In this document: piece by piece, positions 41,617 through 51,304 of the stretch
Numbering within the stretch: position 1 is the stretch's first letter
How the letters are laid out: every line of letters starts with the position of its first letter
Assembly (NCBI GenBank): GCA_965203485.1
Contig: OZ241892.1
Span: 3,168,001 to 3,232,000, forward strand
DNA from: Longimicrobiales bacterium
GTDB taxonomy: Bacteria > Gemmatimonadota > Gemmatimonadetes > Longimicrobiales > Gaopeijiaceae
DNA: 64,000 nt
Reading direction: 5' to 3'
Notes under the pieces: generated by a model
Databases searched by the model: none
What the model was told of the DNA's origin: nothing
Seen by the model: the letters and a program-made list of their open reading frames with translations, nothing else
Position numbers and translations under genes: made by a program

Positions 41617-41905
41617 TCAGGCGCTTGGGTCACTCCGCCAAGCCCCCGTGCGATATCCGGGACGAGCGAATCGTCCGCGGCTTCGGAATCGACGCCGGCG
41701 TCCGGCCCTGCCGACGCAAACGCGCGAAGCTCGTCCGCCGTCTCCGTCCCGAACTTGCCCGCGGCGAAGCGAACGGCGAACTCCGCCCGCCCACAGCTCG
41801 CGTCTACGGGCCTCTCCTTCGAGCCCGCCCAGCTTGAGCCCCTCGTCCCGGCCCTCTTGGCGGGCATACTCGAACTCTTCAGCGATTGGCCAGGACATAT
41901 ATGTG
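41617..41905 (-). pseudogene. remnant of Rpn/DUF4351-like C-terminal region
   Basis: ARQEGRDEGLKLGGLEG repeats, then after a frameshift AAGKFGTETADEL. Confidence 0.4.
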
Positions 41906-42336
41906 CGCTCCGCTCTCGGATCTCTCGACTCGTTCGACGTCGTTTCGCGCGGCGTCCGGGATTGCGGCAACGGCGGGCAACGCCTCTTCCGCCGCCACGG
42001 CGAAGCCGTCCCGCATGTCGGCATGGCTCGCAGTCACCGCGACGCACGCCCACACCGAAGGCGGAAGGCCGGCGGTTGCCGTCGACGGCAGTCGTCGTCT
42101 TTGCCGATGCGCTATGGTTGGTCACCGCGACGGCGCGCATCAAGTCGGCACAAGCGCCGACGGGTCAGGTCGCGAACCAACCCCCGGGCCGAGTCTTGCG
42201 GCGTCCCTTGACTGGCACGGCCTCGATCAAGCCGACCTTGCCCTACCAGGCGACATCACCGAAAGGGAAGGCCGCGAGCCCCCCTGGGAGCGGCAAGCCG
42301 CATCGGCCCGCATATCGGGGACCCCTTGGTGCTGGA

Positions 42337-42352
42337 TGTTTCACGTGAAACA
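42337..42352. promoter_or_regulatory. parS centromere site
   Basis: Perfect palindrome TGTTTCACGTGAAACA. Confidence 0.92.
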
Positions 42353-42521
42353 CGCCTCTGCACACCTTCCCGCAAGAAAGAAGGGAACTCGGCCCAGGCG
42401 GTCGGCCTCGCGGACCACGATCCCCTTCGCCGCGCCGCAGATCGCTGCGGCCACCACGGCGCGCCACGCAGCCCGTTGCACGCCGCGAGGGCGCCGGGCC
42501 GGGCAAACCGCCGGGCGCCAG

Positions 42522-42866
42522 TTAACGGGCGGGCGAGGCATGCAGGAGACTCGTGGGCGATGCGGTCGTGCTGGAGCGCAAGACGGCCAGGCCACCGGCG
42601 AATGACGGGTCAAGCTCTTCAGAAATGACATCGGCCTTGAGCCAACGGCCTTCATCTGCGGTTCCTCCGCCACGTTCCCTTGCCCCAGTTGGGCGGCGGG
42701 GATGAGTAGCGAAGGCGACGAGGGCTAGAACCAGGGCCACCACGAACACGGCCTTCATCCCGCCTCCCACGCTCCAAATGGCCAGCAGGGTCATCCCCAA
42801 GAGGCCAGCCTTCACAACGGGCTTGTGCTCGTACAGCCACGCGCGCCAACGTCTAGTGGCCCCCAT
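42522..42866 (-). CDS. small 2-TM hypothetical membrane protein
   Basis: MGATRRWRAWLYEHKPVVKAGLLGMTLLAIWSVGGGMKAVFVVALVLALVAF; ATG overlaps the TGA of an upstream fragment. Confidence 0.45.
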   Translation of the reverse strand: MGATRRWRAWLYEHKPVVKAGLLGMTLLAIWSVGGGMKAVFVVALVLALVAFATHPRRPTGARERGGGTADEGRWLKADVISEELDPSFAGGLAVLRSSTTASPTSLLHASPAR

Positions 42867-43090
42867 CAGCTGGCCTCCAAGCGGCTGATGGCCGTCCTGC
42901 ACGTGGGGAGTAGATCGGCAACGTCCATGCGGTTCATGGCCAACGTCACGTTGGAGCCCAGTACCGAGTCCCCTGCGTCCTTGGCGGCCAGAGTAGCGTT
43001 ATGGCGCGAACTTGGCGGCCTTGCGGTAGGACATTCCGGCCCGAAGGTGCTTGGCCAGCACTCCCTTTGGGGCGGTCGGCCCGCGCACCG

Positions 43091-43858
43091 TCATTCACTA
43101 AGCTTCTTGCTTCGTGCCTTCAAGGAGAACACGAGGTACTCCGGAAACCGATCAAACCAATCGATCCACCAACGCGAATCGCACATCCAATTCGGAGGTG
43201 GAGTCCTTTCCATGTGCGCCCAGGCGCACACGGGCCCGCGCTTGGCAACGATGATGCTGTAGCCCGTCTGTTCGACGATCTCCTCAGGCGCGCTTCCCGC
43301 AATGACCCCGATCCGCTCAAGCAACTCGGGCGTCCGCAACGCTCCGGCGAGGGCGATCGCCGGCAACAACGCGTCCGGGAACCCGACCGACCGGTGCTCG
43401 CCGGCCGACATGTAGCCTTCCGGCGGCCCGTCGATATGAAGCGAGGCCGCTTCCCCAGGTCCTTCGCGTAAGACGTCGAGCCGTGCGTCGAAACGATGCT
43501 GGCCAGCACCGACAGTGCATCGCCGGCCTCGGTCCCGGTCGCCCGCGGCGACATGGCAACATCGAGCAGGGTCGCAACGCTTCGATCATACCCTCGATCA
43601 AGGCCGGCGATCTCTTCTTCAGCTCCACCGACAGGGCCGCCGTGACGCCGACATGCCAGTTGGCGTCGCCGCTCGTCGTCAGCAACCCTATAACCCTTCG
43701 CTCAGCTTCCGCATCCCCAGCCCTGAGCTTCTCAATTGTTCCCTGCTCCGCCTTCCACAGGTCGTGGATTCCTTGGCTGACGCCTCCCGCTCTTGCGACG
43801 ACGCCGACCCGGCAACCGTCAAGAAGACGGCGGCCCAAGTCCACAATAGGGCCTTCAT
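43091..43858 (-). pseudogene. third full-span partner-gene copy, frameshifted with an internal deletion of about 190 bp
   Basis: MKALLWTWAAV...SQEREASAKE...IEALR/LLDVA...YMSAGEHRS...WMCDSRWWIDWFDRFP...SLKARSK. Confidence 0.8.
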
Positions 43859-43879
43859 GCCCTTCTCCTTTCGCCTCCG

Positions 43880-44240
43880 TTACCGGGCGAAGTGAAAATG
43901 GCGATCGTCCTTGTACTTGTCCCACGGTTGCAGATCAAACCTGCCACCCAGCAACGCTAGTTCGAAGTATACGTCTTTGAGTTCCGCCTGCTGAGCCGGG
44001 GTCATCCGAGCTTAAGGTATCCCAGCCGCGCCGATAATCGCTCTGGTCGAAATGTCCACCGCCCTGCCCTCCATGTGATAGGAGCTTCGCGACGCGCCAG
44101 CGATCGACGCGTTTCCGTGCGGGCACCGGTATCCGCTGGTCAACACGAGGCCCGCGGAGCAGCCCTTCGCAATCGGCAACGCGGACCGGCCCCACTTCGC
44201 CCGCAGGTCCTCGATGCCGCTCTTCAGCCTCTGCTGGACC
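43880..44240 (-). pseudogene. orphan C-terminal M15 peptidase cassette (nonsense TAA at 44012)
   Basis: VQQRLKSGIEDLRAKWG...SGYRCPHGN...SYHMEGRAVDI...DDRHFHFAR*; fused to the 5' stub of a partner gene. Confidence 0.8.
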
Positions 44241-44287
44241 GCGGTCGACATCCACAATGAGGTCTTCGCGAAGGCGAGGCTTGCCAC

Positions 44288-45247
44288 TTACTCGCCGGGC
44301 CTCTTGCTTCGCGCCTTCAAGGAGTACTCGCGCCAGTCCGGGAAGCGATCGAACCAGTCGGTCCACGTACGCGAATCGCACATCCAGCTCGGGGGCGAAG
44401 TTCCTTCCAGGTGCGCACGGGCGCACGGGGGCCCGTACTCGGTGATGATTACGCTGTAGCCGGTTCGTTCCACGATCTGCTCGGGCGTGCTCGCCGCAAT
44501 GGCCTCGATTCGCTCCACCAGCTCGGGCGTCCGCAGCGCTCCGGCGAGCGCAATCGCCGTCACCAGCGCATCCGGAAATCCTCCCGACCGGTGCTCGCCG
44601 GCCGACATGTAGCCCTCCGGTGGCCCGTCGAGGTGAAGCACGGCGGCTTCGCGCAAGTCCTGCGCGTAAGACCCAGGGCCGTGCGTCGAAACGATGCTGG
44701 CCAACACCGACAGCGCATTGCGGGCCTCGAAGCCGGTCGCTTCCGGCGACAGGGCGACATCGAGCAGGTGCGGCACGGCCTGCAACCCGAACTCGTAGAG
44801 CACCGCCGCCGACAAGCCTGCGGCGCGCCACGCCAGCGGAGGCAGGATCGCCGGGTCGCCCGTCAGCAAGAGTTGGTGGGCAAGATAGCTCTGCGTCTCT
44901 CCGCGGCTCGCGGTTCCCAAGTCGGCCGCGTATCGGCGGGTGCTCCACTCCACGCCTCGCCGCAATGCCTCGATCATGCCCGCGATCAAGGCCGGCGATC
45001 TCTGCTCCGGCGCCACCGCTAGGGCCGCCGCCACGCCGACGTGCCAACTCGCGTCACCGCCCGTCGTCAGCAGGTCGACGATCCTTTGCTCCGCGTCGGC
45101 GTCGCCGGCCTTCAGCTTCTCGACCGTCGTTCGCTCCGCTCGCCACAGGGCCTCGATTTCCTTGGCCGACGCCTCTCGTTCCTGCGACGCTGTCGGCGTT
45201 ACAACCGTCAATGAGACGGCGGCCCAAGTCCACAATGAAGCCTTCAT
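44288..45247 (-). CDS. secreted 319-aa helical hypothetical protein (paralogue of 21565-22524)
   Basis: Intact, GGAGG SD, Sec signal, collinear with the 21565 copy over its full length. Confidence 0.8.
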   Translation of the reverse strand: MKASLWTWAAVSLTVVTPTASQEREASAKEIEALWRAERTTVEKLKAGDADAEQRIVDLLTTGGDASWHVGVAAALAVAPEQRSPALIAGMIEALRRGVEWSTRRYAADLGTASRGETQSYLAHQLLLTGDPAILPPLAWRAAGLSAAVLYEFGLQAVPHLLDVALSPEATGFEARNALSVLASIVSTHGPGSYAQDLREAAVLHLDGPPEGYMSAGEHRSGGFPDALVTAIALAGALRTPELVERIEAIAASTPEQIVERTGYSVIITEYGPPCARAHLEGTSPPSWMCDSRTWTDWFDRFPDWREYSLKARSKRPGE

Positions 45248-45262
45248 GTCGTCGTGCCTCCG

Positions 45263-46176
45263 CTACTTGGCGAAATGAAAATGGCGGTCGTTCTTGTATC
45301 GTTTCCACGGTTGCTCATCGATATTGCCACCGAGGCTCAACAGTTCTAAATACACGATTTCAAGTTCGACCTGCTGATCCGGGTCATCCGAGCGTAAGGT
45401 ATCCCAGCCGCGCCGATAATCGCCCTGGTCGAAATGTCCACCGCCCTGCCCTCCATGTGATAGGAGCTCGCGACGCGCCAGCGATCGGCGCGTTTCCGTG
45501 CGGGCACCGGTATCCGCTGGTCAACGCGAGGCCCGCGGAGTAGCCCTTGGCAATTCGCAGCGCGGACCGGCCCCACTTCGCCCGCAGGGCCTCGATGCCG
45601 CTCTTCAGCCCCTGCTGGACCCAGCCGTAGCCGGTGTGGGGATTGCCCTGCTGGAACCAGCCGTTGAGCTCCGCCCAGCTGAAATGCGCCGTGCCGGAGC
45701 CGTTCCGCTCGATGTCGTCGCACGCCGGAGCCGCCCGGCCGGTCACCCAACCGCTGTTCCGGTACTCGTTCGCAATCCTGCGCTGCTCGTCGTCGCACCG
45801 TGTGCCGCCCATGGGAAAGCAACCCAGGAACTCCTCCGACACGATCTGGCCCGTCGCCGTGACGAACGTGATCAAGTACCAGCAGATCACGTTGCCGTCG
45901 TCGGACGGCAAGGCGCGCGGCCCGTTCATATTTCCGGCGGACAGGGGCGCTAGTCGCGATCGTTGCCGTCAGCGACCCAGCCGATCCTCTCCGAACCAGC
46001 GACCACCCAGTCGCCGTCGACTCTCGCCCGACCAGCTTCGCCTTGGGCGGCCACATGGCGACTCGCAACGTCTGCGTGTCCTCCGCGTCGTCCATCGCAA
46101 GCGGGTTCGCGCAACCGGCCATCACGGTCATTCCTGCCGCCCCGAAACTCGCCAGCCATCTGCTCCGAGTCTTCAT
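45263..46176 (-). pseudogene. lipoprotein with C-terminal M15-type peptidase, multiple frameshifts
   Basis: AGGAGA SD, MKTRSRWLASFG..VMAGC lipobox; ICWYLITFVT, HFSWAELNGWF, SGYRCPHGN, DRHFHFAK*; single-base losses versus the paralogues. Confidence 0.8.
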
Positions 46177-46673
46177 TGCATTCTCCTAGCATTAGGGCAA
46201 CATGGAGCACGATACGCACTTGGCCGCGCAAGAGGAAGGACGCACGTCCTCTCAAACGATGCCGGACGGTTGGCGCCCTGGCCACGGCTCCCAGGTCGCG
46301 CGCCGAGACGCACCGTTATGGGCCTCCAGTCGTGCGTCGGCGGACCGTTGCCCTTCACCCAGCGCGGGCCGCTGTACGTCCCAGCGTAGCCTTGCTCACG
46401 GAACATTTGTCCTGCGACGGCCGCGGTTGTCGAACATATCCCGAAACATGTCGGGCGCACGAAGCCGCGGGCCGCATACGCGGGCTCAAAGACGTGATCG
46501 CGGTGCGGATGGCCGTCTCGACCGCCGTACACCGGTTTGCACAGCGCGTTCAGGTGCGGACGGATGAAGCCTCAACCGCCGGCGCGCGCTTTTTCTTGCC
46601 GACGAAGGCGGCGCCAACTCGCGTCTCGGGGCGACATACCGACCGGCCGTCCACGACGCGGCTCCCGTGTCAG

Positions 46674-48347
46674 TCAGGAGCGCTTGCGGCGTCCTGCCGC
46701 GGGCTTGTCCCCGCCCGCCTTTCGGCGTTCCCTGGCGACCAGCACGGTCTGCGGAATCGTCGCCAAGTTGAAGGTCGTGTAGTAGAGGTTCAGGCCGGAT
46801 GCGAAGCTGAAGAAGATGAACGTCATCATCGCGGGCAGGACCAGCACCATGAACTTCATCTGGGGGTTCGCGCCGGCCCAGCCGGTCGTGAGCTTGATGG
46901 TGAGGAACTGCAGGAGAAGCATGCTTGCGCCGACCAGGATCGGCATCACCCAATAGGGATCGGGCGACGAGAGGTCCGGCAACCAGAGAAACGACACGCC
47001 GCGCAACTGGATGGTGTTGCGGAACACCAAGAACAACGCAAGCAGCATCGGCCACGGAATGAGCAGCGGAACGCACCCCGCCAGCGGATTGACGCCCTGC
47101 TCCTTGTACAGCTTCATCATCTCGCGCTGCTGCGCCTGCGGGTTGTCCTTGTGCTTCTCGCGCAGCTCCTGGACGAGCGGCTGAAGCGTCTGCATCCTGA
47201 TGCTCGACCGCGTGGCCTTCTGGTTGAGCGGCCACAGCACGATGCGCATGAGCAGGCCGATGGCGATCAGCACGAGGCCGTAGCTGAGCGCCAGTCGTTC
47301 GTGAAGCACCGTGATCGCCCACAGCACTACGTTGACGAACGGCCTCACCACCGGACGAAAGACCTTCCAGCCGTAGGGATTGAGTTCCTCCAGCTGGTCG
47401 GCGGCGGCCATCAGGCGTTCCCTCTCGATGGGCCCGGCGTAGACGCTGTACGCATAGGCGCCGTCGTCGGCCACGGGGGCCGACACGTGCACGGTCGCGC
47501 CTCGGAGGCTGGGACTCGCCCACGCGGACCCCAGCTGGGCGCCCTGCTCCGGCAGCACGGCCTTCACGAAGAACTTGCTCTTGAGCGCGGCCCACTGCAG
47601 CGGTCCCTCTATGACGTCCAGCTCGTCGACGCCGCTCAGCGGCCGGGACGTGACGCCCTGGTCCGCGTCGGCGGCCACCATCGCGGCGGCGCGGCGTTCG
47701 TCCGACTCGTTCGCTTCGTTGTACTCGAGCCGACGTCCCAGGTCGACGCGCAACGCCGTCCTTTCCCACTCGGGCAGGCGGCCCTCCACGTCGAAGACGT
47801 AGGAGTCGGCCGCGAACGTGTAGCTGATCTCGCTGAAGAAGGCGCCGTCGGGATGCCGGTACCGAAAGACGAGCGTCGCCGGGGCGTCGCCGGGACGCAG
47901 ACGCAAGCCGTCCGCCGGCTCCACCTCGTGCGCGAACCGGGTCAGGCCGACGGAGTCTCCTCCGAGCAGCCAGGTGCCGCCCAGGCTGCCCTCGGGTTCG
48001 GGCGGCACGAGTTCGACGAGCCCCTCGCGCGCCAAAGAGGCGTACTGCAGCAGCGTCGCCGACCGCAGCGTGGCTCCCCGGTTCGAGAACACGAGGCGAA
48101 AAAGCGGCGTCTCTACATCGACGAGGATCTCTTCGTCCTCCGGGGGCTCCTCCCTCAAGCCGAGAGCGCCCCCGGCGGGCGCGGACGGCGCGGCGCCCCG
48201 CGCGGCGGGTTCGTCTGGCTCGGCCGGTTCGGCCGACGGCGGCGCCGGTGGCGTCTCGGACGGCGGCACCGGCGGAAACAACAGGTTGGTGAGGACGATG
48301 ACGCCCATCATCAGCGTGATCGCCAACAGCAGGCGCTGGACGTTCAC
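46674..48347 (-). CDS. yidC: membrane protein insertase YidC
   Basis: N-terminal [52 protein letters not shown]. Confidence 0.95.
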   Translation of the reverse strand: MNVQRLLLAITLMMGVIVLTNLLFPPVPPSETPPAPPSAEPAEPDEPAARGAAPSAPAGGALGLREEPPEDEEILVDVETPLFRLVFSNRGATLRSATLLQYASLAREGLVELVPPEPEGSLGGTWLLGGDSVGLTRFAHEVEPADGLRLRPGDAPATLVFRYRHPDGAFFSEISYTFAADSYVFDVEGRLPEWERTALRVDLGRRLEYNEANESDERRAAAMVAADADQGVTSRPLSGVDELDVIEGPLQWAALKSKFFVKAVLPEQGAQLGSAWASPSLRGATVHVSAPVADDGAYAYSVYAGPIERERLMAAADQLEELNPYGWKVFRPVVRPFVNVVLWAITVLHERLALSYGLVLIAIGLLMRIVLWPLNQKATRSSIRMQTLQPLVQELREKHKDNPQAQQREMMKLYKEQGVNPLAGCVPLLIPWPMLLALFLVFRNTIQLRGVSFLWLPDLSSPDPYWVMPILVGASMLLLQFLTIKLTTGWAGANPQMKFMVLVLPAMMTFIFFSFASGLNLYYTTFNLATIPQTVLVARERRKAGGDKPAAGRRKRS

Positions 48348-48574
48348 GCCTTCCTCGAACGTTCCGGGACCGGGTCCGGGCCGCAACCGCCCCACGGATG
48401 GCAACGCGCGAGCCGGCGCAGGCCCAGCCACGCGCCCGCCGCCGCGCCGTGGACCTCGACCGCCCGGCGCGCGTACTCCGAGCAACTGGGCACGTACCGG
48501 CAGGCGGGCGGCGCAATGGGCGAAACGCACGCCTGGTACAACCGGATGACGGCGATCATCGCCTTGGCGAGCAC
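48344..48574 (-). CDS. yidD: membrane protein insertion efficiency factor YidD
   Basis: [38 protein letters not shown]. Confidence 0.92.
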   Translation of the reverse strand: MLAKAMIAVIRLYQACVSPIAPPACRYVPSCSEYARRAVEVHGAAAGAWLGLRRLARCHPWGGCGPDPVPERSRKA

Positions 48575-48912
48575 ATCTCCTCCACTGCGTTCACGAAGTC
48601 GGCCTCCAACTGCCGGTACGTCGCCCGGTACGCTTCCCTTCGCACGCGCACGAGGACGTCGGCGGGCGCGCTGGCGGCCTCGATCCGCCCAAGCGCCTTC
48701 GTGCGCGCGATTTCCTTGAGCCGGCGCTTCACGAGGTTCCTGGCGCTGGTGGGGTGGCCCAGCTTCGGCACGATCCAGCCGACGCGGGCGCGCGCCGCCG
48801 CCCCCACCAGGACATAGACGTCCAGCCTAGGGGTTCGTTTGCGCTTGCCTCGCCGGAGGACGGCGCGGATCTCGTGGCCACGCCGAACGCGGACGCTCTT
48901 GGGAAACCGCAA
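48556..48912 (-). CDS. rnpA: ribonuclease P protein component
   Basis: [30 protein letters not shown]; position between rpmH and yidD. Confidence 0.88.
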   Translation of the reverse strand: MRFPKSVRVRRGHEIRAVLRRGKRKRTPRLDVYVLVGAAARARVGWIVPKLGHPTSARNLVKRRLKEIARTKALGRIEAASAPADVLVRVRREAYRATYRQLEADFVNAVEEMCSPRR

Positions 48913-48953
48913 GCGGCGCGCCCCGGAACTCCTCTCCCGGGGGACATCGGCCG

Positions 48954-49112
48954 TCAGCGCGCGTACTTGGAGCCGGTGGCAACGACAAGGGCACGCCGAC
49001 CCTTGCGCCGCCTGCGGTTCAAGACCTTGCGGCCCGCCTTTGTGCTCATCCGGGCCCGGAAGCCGTGCTTGTTGAGCCGCTTCCGGTTTCGGGGCCGGTA
49101 CGTCGGTTTCAT
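48954..49112 (-). CDS. rpmH: 50S ribosomal protein L34
   Basis: [39 protein letters not shown]. Confidence 0.96.
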   Translation of the reverse strand: MKPTYRPRNRKRLNKHGFRARMSTKAGRKVLNRRRRKGRRALVVATGSKYAR

Positions 49113-49407
49113 GGCGCGTGCGTGTTCCGCGATGACGCGGGATCGGTGGGATAACGTCGGGGCACAGCCTGGGCAAGGTAGCAAGGCTCGGGTCGCCGAG
49201 TCAACCCTTGGCGAGACGGGCGGCGCACGCGGGGTCGGAGGCGCGGCGCGAGCTGCCGAGCGGCGTTGCCGTGCGCGGGGACCAGGAAGCGCGGTTCCGC
49301 GGGGCGGCGCGGCTCCCGTCCGAGAAGGGCCGGGCGGACCGTGGCGGGCCGACGTTGGCGAGCGGCCCCGCATGGCGGCGCGCCCCGAACGGCTCGAGCG
49401 CGCCCGA

Positions 49408-49437
49408 TTGACTTCCTGGCCCCTCCTCACGTAGCTT
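49408..49437 (+). promoter_or_regulatory. putative sigma70 promoter of dnaA
   Basis: TTGACT-18 nt-TAGCTT about 105 nt upstream of the inferred dnaA start. Confidence 0.5.
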
Positions 49438-49542
49438 GCCCGCCCGTTTTTCCGTCCCCGGCGCCCGGCAAAGACCGCGACGGGCGGATTCCGACCTCGG
49501 ACGCGGCGCCCCCGAGCAACGGGGGGACGCGCGCAACGGAGC

Positions 49543-50979
49543 ATTCAACTGGGCGCAACCGAACTCTGGGGCCGGATCCTCGAACGAGCCCGGGCTGACG
49601 TCTCCGACCAGAGCTATCGGACGTGGCTCCGCAGCGCCGAAGCGGTGTCGCTCGCCGACGGCGTGCTGTTGGTCCGCGCCGCAAGCCAATTCCATGCCGA
49701 GTGGCTGGAGGACAAGTTCGGCCCGGTCCTCCGCGAGGCGGCGGCGGCGGTTGCCGAGAGCCCGCCATCCATCCGCTTTTCGCACCCGAAGCGCGCCGCG
49801 GGCGACGAGGCGCCCCCGGAGATCGTGGCCGACGACGTCGAGGATCCGGCGTCCTTCTCTTCGCCGGTGCCCGCTCGGCCGGACCGAGCAGGGGCGATGG
49901 ACCGCGGCGCGGCGGATGCGACGGCGACGGCGGGCGACGGCATCAGCGACCGCTACACCTTCGACCGCTTCATCGTGGGCGAGAACAACCGCTTGGCGCA
50001 GGCGGCCAGCCTGGCGGTGGCCGAGCGGCCCGCTCATGCGTACAATCCCCTCTTCCTTTACGGCGACACCGGGCTCGGCAAGACCCACCTCATGCAGGCG
50101 ATCGCCAACCATCTGCGGGCCGCTTCGCCGGGGGCGCGCATCTGCTACATTCCCGCCGAGCAGTTCATGAACGAGATGATCACGGCGATTTCCGAGCGGA
50201 CGAACGAAGCGTTTCGCGCGCGCTATCGCTCGTTCGACCTGCTGCTGGTGGACGACGTCCAGTTCCTGCGCCAGAAGGAGCGCACGCAGGAAGAGTTCTT
50301 CCACACCTTCAACTCGCTCTACGGCGGCGGGCGCCAGATCGTGCTCACCAGCGACCGGCACCCCAAGGAGCTCGTCGGCCTGGAGCCCCGCTTGGTGTCG
50401 CGCTTCGAGTGGGGCCTGGTGGCCGACGTGAGCCCGCCGGACTACGAGACCCGCTTGGCGATCCTGCGAAAGAAGGCGCAGGAGGACGATGTCGCGCTGG
50501 ACCCGGAGGTGCTCGACTTGGTCGCCGACACCTGCCGCTCTTCGGTGCGCGAGCTGGAGGGCGCCATCATCAAGTTGCTCGCGTTCTCGTCGCTCACGCA
50601 GCGCAGGCTCACCCTCGACCTGGCCCGCGCCGCCCTGGCGGGCTTGGGCGAAGCGGAGGCCGCGGAAGCCGCAACGCCCGAAGCGATACGGGATTTGGTC
50701 GCGGAGGCTTGGGGCGTCACCGGCAAGGCGCTGGCATCGAGACGGCGGACCCGCGATCTGGCGGTCCCCCGCCAAGTGGCGATGTTCCTGATCCGCGAGG
50801 TACTCGACGTGCCGTTGCAACGAATCGGCGCCTCCTTCGGCAACCGCGATCACTCGACCGTCATCCACTCCATCCGCAAGGTGCGCCGCCAAATAGAGTC
50901 GGATCCAGCCTTCCGGGCCCAGATCGCCGACGTGCAGGCGCATGTGGAGAGGTCCTCCGCCATGCGGCGAGCCAGTTGA
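49543..50979 (+). CDS. dnaA: chromosomal replication initiator DnaA (probable non-canonical ATT/CTG start)
   Basis: [53 protein letters not shown]; domain-I-like [22 protein letters not shown] lies upstream of the first GTG (49645). Confidence 0.93.
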   Translation: MQLGATELWGRILERARADVSDQSYRTWLRSAEAVSLADGVLLVRAASQFHAEWLEDKFGPVLREAAAAVAESPPSIRFSHPKRAAGDEAPPEIVADDVEDPASFSSPVPARPDRAGAMDRGAADATATAGDGISDRYTFDRFIVGENNRLAQAASLAVAERPAHAYNPLFLYGDTGLGKTHLMQAIANHLRAASPGARICYIPAEQFMNEMITAISERTNEAFRARYRSFDLLLVDDVQFLRQKERTQEEFFHTFNSLYGGGRQIVLTSDRHPKELVGLEPRLVSRFEWGLVADVSPPDYETRLAILRKKAQEDDVALDPEVLDLVADTCRSSVRELEGAIIKLLAFSSLTQRRLTLDLARAALAGLGEAEAAEAATPEAIRDLVAEAWGVTGKALASRRRTRDLAVPRQVAMFLIREVLDVPLQRIGASFGNRDHSTVIHSIRKVRRQIESDPAFRAQIADVQAHVERSSAMRRAS

Positions 50980-51304
50980 AGCCCTCCTGTTCTCCGTTTG
51001 GAGCGGTAGCCGCCGCTTTTTCCACGACCCCTTGTGGAAAAGGTTGTGGAGAACGTGGAAAACAGGCCCGTTTTCCACGCCCCCGCTCGCCAAATTCCTC
51101 GTTATCCACAATTCTTCCCCACGTTTCCCACAACGGGTCGCCTTCCGAGAATTGTCGGCTCGGTCTGCGAAGTTGCACCTTCCAGCAGAAGTTTTCCATG
51201 TTTTCCACAGCCCCTACGACGACGAACCTTCTTGTCCTATTACTTATTGTGCACCGCCTCCGCGAAATCGCCGACCTGTCCACTCCGTTCCCCGGCAACG
51301 CCCC
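50980..51304. other. chromosomal replication origin oriC
   Basis: dnaA-dnaN intergenic; perfect box TTATCCACA 51102-51110 plus several near-consensus boxes on both strands; tandem boxes 51192-51209 followed by GCCCC, TACGACGAC trios and an AT-richer tract. Confidence 0.85.

Noticed and set aside
46250..46670. ORF 46173-46532 or an ncRNA downstream of yidC
   Set aside because: No recognisable protein motif or RNA signature; treated as intergenic or decayed DNA
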